A DNA stretch of 32,000 bases, from positions 660,001-692,000 of the forward strand of contig NC_014148.1 of assembly GCF_000092105.1 (NCBI RefSeq), given 5' to 3'. The notes under the pieces are model-generated. The model was not told the origin of the DNA and searched no databases. It worked only from the letters and a program-made list of their open reading frames with translations. Source of the stretch: Planctopirus limnophila DSM 3776. Lineage in GTDB: Bacteria; Planctomycetota; Planctomycetia; Planctomycetales; Planctomycetaceae. Within the stretch, counting starts at the first letter, position 1. Every line of letters starts with the position of its first letter. Both the position numbers and the translations under genes were made by a program. Shown in pieces: positions 9,064 to 16,866 of the stretch.

Positions 9064-9636
9064 GATCTGCGCTTGTGCCCGTGCCGTGTTCTGATCGGCC
9101 CGATACGCTTCCTGCAATAATTGCCTGAAACGGTCTGCAAAAGGGACGGCGTGCAATCGAAGTGGCTCTGCAGCCGCTCGTGACCTGATGACGATATCGC
9201 TGGATCGATAAAACGATTGAAAGCTCGCTGGATCGACCTGGATTTCAGTGACTTCACTCCAGGGGATCTGCGTCACGATGTGCCGTGTGAGTATGGTTTC
9301 AATGACCACGCCCGAGGTTGTGACCACATAGCGAACTCCCCGCAATTTGAGCCATACATACGCGATGATGGCGATGGGCCAGGTCGGCGGTATCCACACC
9401 AGATACGACAGCCGGATTCTGGGTGTGATATGTGGCAGGCTCTCGTACAACTTTCCCAGGTATTTTCCAATCGTGGTGCAGGCGATGGAAGGATAGACCG
9501 CCTCCAGTCGCTCTTCGTCATCTGTGGAAAAATTGGAAGTTGGGGAGTTCATCAGACACTTGAGTGACAAAAGGTAAAGTGCATAGATCTCGTCACGAAA
9601 CTGATTCCACATTGAGTCTCCCGAAATCCTGCCCAT
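9010..9636 (-). CDS. Membrane protein with a bacterial PH (bPH_2/YdbT-like, DUF304-type) domain
   Basis: 208-aa ORF. A hydrophobic hairpin (LSYLVWIPPTWPIAIIAYVWL) is followed by RGVRYVVTTSGVVIETILTRHIVTQIPWSEVTEIQVDPASFQSFYRSSDIVIRS, which fits the recalled bPH_2 pattern. Confidence 0.6.
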   Translation of the reverse strand: MGRISGDSMWNQFRDEIYALYLLSLKCLMNSPTSNFSTDDEERLEAVYPSIACTTIGKYLGKLYESLPHITPRIRLSYLVWIPPTWPIAIIAYVWLKLRGVRYVVTTSGVVIETILTRHIVTQIPWSEVTEIQVDPASFQSFYRSSDIVIRSRAAAEPLRLHAVPFADRFRQLLQEAYRADQNTARAQAQISNRARARQLASAIPPQE

Positions 9637-9699
9637 CGGGCAAGCCTGCCGGGAGGAAACGGGATCATTGTTTCGATGGCATTCGTTTCGCAGAGAGAG

Positions 9700-10323
9700 T
9701 CAGTGACGTCCGCGAGGAGGCTCGGCAATGACCAGTTTCTGCATGCAGATCTGGCCCAGACGGGCCACCAGAGATCTGGCCGTCAAAGTTGAATGAATTG
9801 TCTCGGGTTGTTCAGCAACTTCCGGCTGAATTGAATCTATGGGGTGCACAAAAGAAGCCAGTTGAAACGTCTTGAACTCGCCAGATTCAAGGCAATCCAG
9901 CAGTGCAAAAGTCTCCGTCAACTGCTGCGAATTGCTTGCCAGAAAACTGTGAAGTTCTGCCTCGTTAAGGTCATGACGCAGCAGTGATGTCTCATGCGGA
10001 TTTCTATGACGTGTCAAGCGAGACAATGTCCCACCCTGAGCGCGATACAGACAGGGTTCAACATACGCACGGCGAAGCTGATTCATTTCATTGAACTGCA
10101 CCATCCACGATTGATCCCAATAAATCGAGAGCCAGTCGTTAGCCCGCGTTCCGATAAGAATTTCTTTGACGCTCTGAAGTCGAGCGGGTGCAGGATCATC
10201 CAGATCATCACTGTGCTGACAATTCGCCGGGTGATCCGGTCGAATGCGCTTCCATAGCGCACGTGATGTCAGTGCAATCGCTTCAGAGAAAAGATCGTCG
10301 TGATCTGCTTCCTGCCGGGCCAT
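9700..10323 (-). CDS. Hypothetical protein (207 aa)
   Basis: The ORF extends to 10536, but that extension overlaps the 3' end of the upstream dsbD-like gene (stop at 10464) in another frame. The first non-overlapping ATG is at 10323 (MARQEADHDDLF...). No family recognised. Confidence 0.55.
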   Translation of the reverse strand: MARQEADHDDLFSEAIALTSRALWKRIRPDHPANCQHSDDLDDPAPARLQSVKEILIGTRANDWLSIYWDQSWMVQFNEMNQLRRAYVEPCLYRAQGGTLSRLTRHRNPHETSLLRHDLNEAELHSFLASNSQQLTETFALLDCLESGEFKTFQLASFVHPIDSIQPEVAEQPETIHSTLTARSLVARLGQICMQKLVIAEPPRGRH

Positions 10324-10463
10324 AGATTGCTGACTCGTCACCAGTGAGACAATTTGTCCGAGGATAACCTTGCGAGAAAGTTCATTACGAACTGTAGCCG
10401 TTGTTCCAGGGAGCAAACACAGACGTTTGATTCCAGATACGACGCAGATCCTCAGCGGAAAAT

Positions 10464-13310
10464 CTATCGCCGTTCGACAGATGCAGGTTCTTTGCTCGCC
10501 ACCTGCTTCGCTTTCCACTTCTCGAAGCGATTCCACCCCTTATCAAGAAACGCAGCAAACTCACCCTCTTTACGTTCAAGACCCTTATAGACCGCCAGAA
10601 TGGTTTTTCCATCCGGCGAAACCACCGCATACGATGGCAGTGAAACATCGCCAAACCACTTCACCTGGAGATCGATATTGCGATCGCGCAGGCTCTCGGC
10701 GTAATCCGCATCGGTGATGTGTGGTACGCGATCAGCAAACAATTGCGTCGCCAGAAATCGCTCCAGTCGGGAATGATTATCCGGTAGCTTCATCTTCTGC
10801 TCCATCAGTCGGCAATTGACACAATTCACACCGGTGAAGTCAAAGAACAGCGGCTGTTGCTTCGATTTCGCCAAGGACAGCGCACGATTCACATCGAGTG
10901 CAAACGGAATTCCATCATGCACCATCACCGGGCCGAGTTCCTCAGTCTCTTTGAAGCCTTGCTTTAATTGAGGCGGTGCAAAGGCCAGGATCTGCGGCAT
11001 CAAGGCACCCCCTGATTTTTCCGGAGTCAGCACGCCCACCATTAGAAAAAGCGAAAGCCCCAGAAACGTTGTCCCGGCCAACGCCTGCAAGGGAGAAATT
11101 CGATCCTGTGGCTGATCATGCGACAGATGGAATATCCCCAGCAGATACAAGCCCGCAGTAATGGCCAGCACACTCCAGGCCACCATCACAAAGGCAAAAT
11201 CAAAGAGCATCGGCTGTGGATTCAGCGACAGATCCGCCACGCTGAAGAACTTGATTGCCGCCCCAATTTCCACAAACCCCAACACCACCTTCAACGTAAA
11301 GAGCCAGCCGCCGCTCTTAGGAAGCTTGCGCAGCATGCTCGGGAAGAGTGCCAGCAGAAAGAACGGCATCGCAAAAGCCGTCGAAAAAGCCAGCATCCCC
11401 AGGATCGGCCAGAACACGTTCCCTTGAGATGCCGCCACGAGAATTGTCCCTGCCACGGGAAAGGTGCAGGTAAACGATGTCAGCGTGAAGGTTAACGCCA
11501 TAAAGATTACACCCAGATACCCACCGGCAGCTTCCTGATTGGCGGTGTATGTGAGCAGCCACGATGGCGGCTGAATTTCAAACAATCCCAGCATGCTCAG
11601 ACCAAAAGCGACAAAGATCGCCCCGATCGCAAAATTCATCCAGGGATTATTAGCCAGTTGTGTCAGGAATGTGGCTCCAAAGATCAGCGAAAGGCCAACG
11701 CCAAGTAACGTAAAGGTGCCAATAATGGCCAGGCAGTAAACGACGGCTAAGCCAACCGATTTCCCATGCCCCTGCTTGAGGAAAAATCCGACGGTAATCG
11801 GCACCATCGGAAATGCACAAGGGGTCAGCAAAGCCAGCCATCCCGCCAGAAAGGCTGTCAACAGGTAACCCAAAGTCCCTGCCGCTGCGGATGACTCTTC
11901 CTGAGCATCGCCATCATCTTCCCAGAAGGTCACTCCACTTAAAGCACCCGCCTGACTGGCGCTGGTTTCTGCTGTCCCCGTCGTGGATTCGCGAGTGGAT
12001 TCCTCGGGTGGAACGGGTGCTTTTGTATTCCCCGTTTCAGCAGGAGAGCCGCGTTCTTGAGGCAAGGCTTCGACACCAGCGCGGGATGGTTCCTGCATTC
12101 CCAGAGCCAGTTTGAACTTGGGCATGGGCACACACGAGCCCTGAGTACAGGCCTGTGAATGCACAATGGCTTTCAAGCCATACGCTCCGGGGGTTTGCCC
12201 TGCGTTGACCACAAAAGGTTTCGTCCAGGTGACGCGATCATGATAAACCTCCAGTGGCCCACCGGCTCCCGGCTCGATTTCATGGGGATGATCTGCCACA
12301 AACGGGCCCGCTTCCGAAAGGCCATTCAATTGTTCGAAATCAACAACTGTGGCCGAGCCTCCAAATCCGTCGGGTTGCGTCATTGAGAAAGTGTGGTATT
12401 TGGGATCGATCTTCGCGGTGAGGACAAGTTCGACCTTCTCGCCCGGTTTGGCATTTTCCGGGGTCAGCTGTGCAGTGAATTCGATTGGCTGAGGCTTCAC
12501 GCCACGCTTAAGTCGCTCGGTCACACGAAAAGGAAGCATTTGTGCTGGGGCGGGCTGTTCGACTGTGGTTGTGGTGCTCGCCTTAGCCGCCATGCGCTCC
12601 GGGATGTTTCCTTCGAGCTTAGTCGAGAATTTGATGGCCGGAATAATTGGCAGGCATTGCCCACCTTCACCGGCGCTGCAGTATTGTCCTTCGAGCCCAC
12701 CGCTGATGACCAGGTTTTTGAGATCGACAGTCGGGGCGATATTCAACACCTGCGTCCATGTCGCTGAATCGTGAAGTTTGAAAAGATCGACTCCAAAGAG
12801 TGGTTCAAAGATCTTCTGTGGTGGTTTTGCAGAGACAAATGCACCAGCCGCAGTTACCCCTTCTGGAAGCTTGGTACGAATCTGGGTGCGGCCCTCAAAC
12901 TTGCCTTGCACATCGTAAATATAGTGCCCTTCCGGCAGCACGACGGTCACACTGAGTTGTGCCTGGAGGTGTTGTGCCTGGAGTCCGCTCGCCTGTTCTG
13001 GAAGCAGTATCAATTGAGCTGAGACTTCCGGTTTGGCGGCAGCTCCACCCAATAGCGAATCACCTGCCGAATCGCCAAAGAGATCATCAAACTGTGCCTG
13101 TGCCGTGATTGGGAAAACCAGCACCGCGAGAACCACGGCAGACAATTTCCAAAGGCTCTGCCAGAGCCCATGGCTGGTGTTATGGCGGCCCTTCACGACA
13201 CTTGGTCGATGGAAATCAAGGCAATCAATTTCCGAGTGATTGGAATAATCCGCGTGCTTTGAATCGCAGTGATCAGTCTGGGCAGGCTGGGATGTTGCGG
13301 CATAGGGCAT
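10464..13310 (-). CDS. dsbD: DsbD-like thiol:disulfide interchange protein / protein-disulfide reductase with an enlarged N-terminal region
   Basis: The central CcdA/DsbD membrane core carries two Cys motifs (LLTPCAFPMVPIT and TSFTCTFPVAGT). The C-terminal thioredoxin fold has a CxxC motif (FDFTGVNCVNCRLME). Two N-terminal DsbD-alpha-like modules end in Cys pairs (QYCSAGEGGQCLP and SQACTQGSCVPMP). The ORF opens with TTG at 13361; the first ATG is at 13310. Confidence 0.8.
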   Translation of the reverse strand: MPYAATSQPAQTDHCDSKHADYSNHSEIDCLDFHRPSVVKGRHNTSHGLWQSLWKLSAVVLAVLVFPITAQAQFDDLFGDSAGDSLLGGAAAKPEVSAQLILLPEQASGLQAQHLQAQLSVTVVLPEGHYIYDVQGKFEGRTQIRTKLPEGVTAAGAFVSAKPPQKIFEPLFGVDLFKLHDSATWTQVLNIAPTVDLKNLVISGGLEGQYCSAGEGGQCLPIIPAIKFSTKLEGNIPERMAAKASTTTTVEQPAPAQMLPFRVTERLKRGVKPQPIEFTAQLTPENAKPGEKVELVLTAKIDPKYHTFSMTQPDGFGGSATVVDFEQLNGLSEAGPFVADHPHEIEPGAGGPLEVYHDRVTWTKPFVVNAGQTPGAYGLKAIVHSQACTQGSCVPMPKFKLALGMQEPSRAGVEALPQERGSPAETGNTKAPVPPEESTRESTTGTAETSASQAGALSGVTFWEDDGDAQEESSAAAGTLGYLLTAFLAGWLALLTPCAFPMVPITVGFFLKQGHGKSVGLAVVYCLAIIGTFTLLGVGLSLIFGATFLTQLANNPWMNFAIGAIFVAFGLSMLGLFEIQPPSWLLTYTANQEAAGGYLGVIFMALTFTLTSFTCTFPVAGTILVAASQGNVFWPILGMLAFSTAFAMPFFLLALFPSMLRKLPKSGGWLFTLKVVLGFVEIGAAIKFFSVADLSLNPQPMLFDFAFVMVAWSVLAITAGLYLLGIFHLSHDQPQDRISPLQALAGTTFLGLSLFLMVGVLTPEKSGGALMPQILAFAPPQLKQGFKETEELGPVMVHDGIPFALDVNRALSLAKSKQQPLFFDFTGVNCVNCRLMEQKMKLPDNHSRLERFLATQLFADRVPHITDADYAESLRDRNIDLQVKWFGDVSLPSYAVVSPDGKTILAVYKGLERKEGEFAAFLDKGWNRFEKWKAKQVASKEPASVERR

Positions 13311-13838
13311 ATTCAGAATCCGCTCAGCAATGGGGGGAGGGCAGCAGCGATTATGTGTCAATTGGGGCAGGTTGAAAAATGACAGTCTGCCCCCGGTTAG
13401 ATCTCTGTTTGAAAATCCGGGAACAGACTTTTCAATATTTCCTTCAGTTTAGCGTAAACCTTACAAAAAATGGGTTCAACCCTTGGGTTTCTGACAAGTT
13501 CTCCGACAAACAATGCATGAGTTGTGCCAATTGATCCCATCCGCATCTGCAGCCGGTTCATTTGAACTCAACCAGAATCGAACTTTTGAAGAAGATCATG
13601 TTTCGCCTGTCGATAGAACTTGTCAGCACTCCTTCAGCGCGCTACCATTTTCGCAGCCTGCAAAGGTTTGTGCATCCCCTGCGGTGTGCGTGATGAGCCG
13701 AATGCGTTGACCCTACAATCATTGTTTCGGATGTCGGATCCGTCTGGCCGCGTGTATATCCGATGCTGCGAATGCAGCCTCTCGGCTCACACAACCCGGG
13801 CGTTCGGCATCCACCTGAACATTAAGGGTTCAGATAAC

Positions 13839-14130
13839 CATCAGTGCTCACACGGCTCGCGCGGAGGTTGCACTTTTTTGTTTGCGGGGCGGCCTCTGAG
13901 GCGGCGTTGATGGCAACATTGATCATCCAATCGCTCTCAACCGGCAGCCCCTGGTTCAGTTTGCAGGGCCGCCTCCGACGCAGGGTCAACGGGAGTTCCA
14001 TCAACCAATGACTCTCAACCGGCAGCCTCTGGTTTTGTTTGTGGGGCCTGCGTCTGGCAAGTCTTTGTTGGGTGGATGCTAATCCACCAATTCAGTTGCT
14101 CCTCAACACTTGTTACTCACTCCACCTCTG
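13839..14130. repeat. Degenerate tandem repeat, three units of ~75-85 bp plus a partial fourth, in the dsbD-rarA intergenic region
   Basis: Units start near 13839, 13924, 13999 and 14081. The best-conserved block is CTCTCAACCGGCAGCC(C/T)CTGGTT at 13934-13956 and 14012-14034 (22/23 identical, 78 bp apart), followed by a GTTTG(C/T)(A/G)GGGCC-like motif that also occurs around 13880-13895. Confidence 0.7.
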
Positions 14131-14210
14131 GCGTGAAGCCTCACCATAGACTCTTCCACTGACCATGCCATAATGGCGAGGGAACAAGTCTTCCACATGC
14201 CAGGTGATCC

Positions 14211-15509
14211 ATGTCTCTCTTTGCCAGTATTGAGGCGTCGCATCTTGAGGATGCCAAGCCACTCGCTGCCCGGATGCGTCCACGGAACCTCAACGAGTTC
14301 ATCGGGCAGTCACATGTCCTGGGAGAAGGGACGCTCCTCCGGCGAATGTTGATTGCCGATCGCATTCATTCTGTCGTCTTCTATGGCCCGCCCGGCGTCG
14401 GAAAGACAACTCTCGCTGAACTCATCGCCAAAAGCTCAAAGCGGCGATTCATCGCACTCAATGCCGCTGCCACCGGTGTCAAGGAACTGCGAGAAGCTCT
14501 TGATGAATCCCGCGAGCGGCTCAAATCGAGCGGCACGAAAACACTGCTCTTTGTCGACGAACTGCATCATTTCAACAAGCAGCAACAGAATGTGCTGTTG
14601 CCCGATGTCGAACAGGGAGTTGTCTCCTTAGTGGCTGCCACGACGGCCAATCCCTTCTTCGCACTGATTGCTCCGCTTCTCAGCCGTAGCCAGATCTTTG
14701 AATTGAAGCCGCTCTCTACGGAAGAAATCAAAGCCGTTCTACGTCAGGCTTTATCCGATGAGACGCGAGGTTACGGCCAGAAAAACCTGAAAGTTCCCGA
14801 AGAAGTCTTTGATTTCCTGGCAGCCAGTAGCGATGGCGACGCACGCAGGGCGCTTTTAGCTCTCGAAATCGCTGTCGAATCGTTAGATTCCCGGGTTCTG
14901 GAACTCACCCTCGAAATCGCACAGGAATCGCTGCAAAAGAAGGCCATTCGTTACGACAAAAGTGGTGATGATCACTACGACGTCATCAGTGCGTTTATCA
15001 AGAGCATGCGTGGCAGTGATGCCGATGCGACAATTTACTGGCTGGCCCGCATGTTGGAAGCTGGAGAAGAGCCCCGCTTTATTGCCCGCCGGATTGTGAT
15101 TGCCGCCAGTGAAGATGTGGGCATGGCCGATCCTCAGGCACTGGTTGTCGCGATGGCTGCCGCTCAGGCACTCGAGATGATCGGCATGCCAGAAGGCCGA
15201 ATTCCTTTAGCACAAGCGGCGATCTATGTCGCCACGGCTCCAAAATCGAACGCCTCTTACAATGCGATCAACCAGGCACTGAGCGACATTCAGAAACAAT
15301 ACATTCTGCCAGTCCCGAATCATTTGCGGGATGGCCACTATCCCGGTGCTAAACGCCTGGGCCATGGTGAAGGTTACCAGTATCCTCACGATGCCCCAGA
15401 CGGCTGGGTCAAGCAGGATTACCTGACGGAGCCTCGAAGCTATTACACACCCACGGATCGCGGCTATGAACAGGAGGTTTCTCGCCGTCGGCAACGGCAA
15501 GGCGACTAA
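14211..15509 (+). CDS. rarA: Replication-associated recombination protein A (RarA/MgsA AAA+ ATPase)
   Basis: Walker A motif GPPGVGKTTLA and Walker B motif LLFVDELHHF are present, along with the MgsA C-terminal motifs DDHYDVISAFIKSMRGSDADATIYWLARMLEAGEEPRFIARR and ...GYQYPHD.... Confidence 0.95.
   Translation: MSLFASIEASHLEDAKPLAARMRPRNLNEFIGQSHVLGEGTLLRRMLIADRIHSVVFYGPPGVGKTTLAELIAKSSKRRFIALNAAATGVKELREALDESRERLKSSGTKTLLFVDELHHFNKQQQNVLLPDVEQGVVSLVAATTANPFFALIAPLLSRSQIFELKPLSTEEIKAVLRQALSDETRGYGQKNLKVPEEVFDFLAASSDGDARRALLALEIAVESLDSRVLELTLEIAQESLQKKAIRYDKSGDDHYDVISAFIKSMRGSDADATIYWLARMLEAGEEPRFIARRIVIAASEDVGMADPQALVVAMAAAQALEMIGMPEGRIPLAQAAIYVATAPKSNASYNAINQALSDIQKQYILPVPNHLRDGHYPGAKRLGHGEGYQYPHDAPDGWVKQDYLTEPRSYYTPTDRGYEQEVSRRRQRQGD
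15406..15469 (+). repeat. Left copy of the imperfect 64-bp direct repeat (native 3' end of the current rarA reading frame)
   Basis: Hand alignment to 18700-18763 gives 59/64 identical positions. The 49-bp core 15406-15454 carries a single mismatch at 15434. Confidence 0.85.
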
Positions 15510-15538
15510 ACATCTTTGGTGCGGAGAATTACTACCGA

Positions 15539-16057
15539 TCAAGATTTCACTTTTGCCACGCACTGCGATCCGCGTTCAAATTGTTGAGTGGCGGCCGTCA
15601 CTTCGGCCTGGAAACCACGTTGCCGGAGATTTGCATGACATCGGAGAGCCTGCTGCGGATGATCATCTTTCTGAACGTAGGGAGCGTCCTGGCAGAGGCG
15701 TGTTTCGCCGATCCGCCCGCTCCGGCGGTTGTCCCTGCCGGTGAAGACTCCGTCGCGGCCTTTATCAAGATCGACATCCTCGCCCGACAGACCTGCACCG
15801 GACTGGGTGCCTGCCAGGGTGCCGCTCTGCATGATCACGGGTCGGGCAGGTTGCCCCGGAACGAGTGATGTCTTGTCGGCTCGCCGCTGTTGGACGCGGA
15901 AGCAGGTGACAACAATTTTCTGCGAATTCCAGTTTTCTCCGCAACGTGGAACGTTCCGCATGTATCCAAAGAGTAACATCCCCTGCTGGCCACCACGACG
16001 GGCAGACGTTAGCCTTCTCAGGTCGTGGCCGGGACAACAAGTGTCAGACACGATCAA
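15539..16057 (-). CDS. Doubtful hypothetical ORF (172 aa) in the cargo block
   Basis: This is the longest ORF in 15510-16104. Plus-strand ORFs 15581-15868 and 15729-16187 overlap it. A hand count of codon-position GC and purine bias over 120 nt only slightly favours the minus frame. No family recognised. Confidence 0.3.
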   Translation of the reverse strand: MIVSDTCCPGHDLRRLTSARRGGQQGMLLFGYMRNVPRCGENWNSQKIVVTCFRVQQRRADKTSLVPGQPARPVIMQSGTLAGTQSGAGLSGEDVDLDKGRDGVFTGRDNRRSGRIGETRLCQDAPYVQKDDHPQQALRCHANLRQRGFQAEVTAATQQFERGSQCVAKVKS

Positions 16058-16104
16058 GTGGTACGAGAACGATCTGATGCGACAACAGATGAGAAGGATC
16101 TGCC

Positions 16105-16803
16105 ATGCGTGCGGTTTTGGCGCTAATGATCACCTTCATATCGCTGATGGGCTACGGTTGTGGCGCGATCAAAGAGACTGCACCTGAGCGTTCCTCCACC
16201 ACGGTGACAACCCACGAGGGTGGGGCCGACGTTGATTCCTCCGTCATCACGTTCCACGACGAGGTCATCAGTCAGGACACCCCGGTTGTGGAGCTGTCAA
16301 GCCTCGAACTCACGACGCCCGACGGGAAACCCGTTCGGTTGAGTGACTTTCTTAAAACTGGCAATCTTGTGGTCGTAGTCACGAGCGGCTACGCCGGTTC
16401 GATCTGTCCGGTCTGTTCGACACAGACTTCGAGGTTCATCGCCAACCATGAGGCGATCAAGTCGCGCGGTGCCGAAGTCGTAGTGATCTATCCGCTCGGC
16501 AGTGAAAACGATCGCTCCCGCAGCGGCGAATTTCTGGCAGCCGCGAACAAACGGGTCGCGTTGGCTCCCGGCGCTCAACCTTCCTTCCCCTTGTTAGTAG
16601 ATGTGGGGCTGAAAGTGGTCGACCTTTTGGGTATTCGCCAGGATTTATCGAAACCCGCGACCTACATTCTGGATCGAACCGGCGCGATTCGCTTTGCTTA
16701 TGTGGGCGAGAGTATGGCTGACCGTCCCTCGGTCCAGGCGATCCTGCGGCAACTGGATACCCTCAACACATCGATGACGAACGCCGCCCGGGTGGGCACA
16801 TAG
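16105..16803 (+). CDS. Thioredoxin-fold redoxin (AhpC/TSA-like) lipoprotein with a CPVC active site
   Basis: The N-terminus MRAVLALMITFISLMGYG/C carries a lipobox-type signal. The redoxin core is LVVVVTSGYAGSICPVCSTQTSRFIANHEAIKSRGAEVVVIYP. Confidence 0.75.
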   Translation: MRAVLALMITFISLMGYGCGAIKETAPERSSTTVTTHEGGADVDSSVITFHDEVISQDTPVVELSSLELTTPDGKPVRLSDFLKTGNLVVVVTSGYAGSICPVCSTQTSRFIANHEAIKSRGAEVVVIYPLGSENDRSRSGEFLAAANKRVALAPGAQPSFPLLVDVGLKVVDLLGIRQDLSKPATYILDRTGAIRFAYVGESMADRPSVQAILRQLDTLNTSMTNAARVGT

Positions 16804-16866
16804 CGTTAAACCGCTTTCTCCGAACCAGACATCGCTACGATGCAAGCTCCGCGAGGTTGATGCCAG

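Noticed and set aside
10324-10536. N-terminal extension of ORF 9700-10536
   Set aside because: The extension overlaps the last 24 codons of the dsbD-like gene in another frame and is R/C/S-rich. The internal ATG at 10323 gives a non-overlapping gene.
13500-13840. Possible structured housekeeping RNA (tmRNA, RNase P RNA or 6S) in the long intergenic gap
   Set aside because: I could not find the conserved RNase P motifs (GAGGAAAGTCC, ACAGAAA-type) or a tRNA-like T-arm with CCA end for tmRNA. Only short generic hairpins are visible, and settling it needs an Infernal/Rfam scan.
13800-14130. The cluster of DnaA-box-like ATCCA(A/C)C motifs as a replication origin
   Set aside because: Matches to TTATCCACA are only 6-7 of 9. 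There is no adjacent AT-rich unwinding element and no dnaA or dnaN gene. I kept it only as a weak idea inside the tandem-repeat finding.
15581-15970. Possible TGA read-through or selenocysteine, because the 95-aa plus ORF stays open after a single TGA at 15866-15868
   Set aside because: I could find no SECIS-like hairpin immediately downstream. The protein resembles no known selenoprotein, and the coding status of this frame is itself doubtful.
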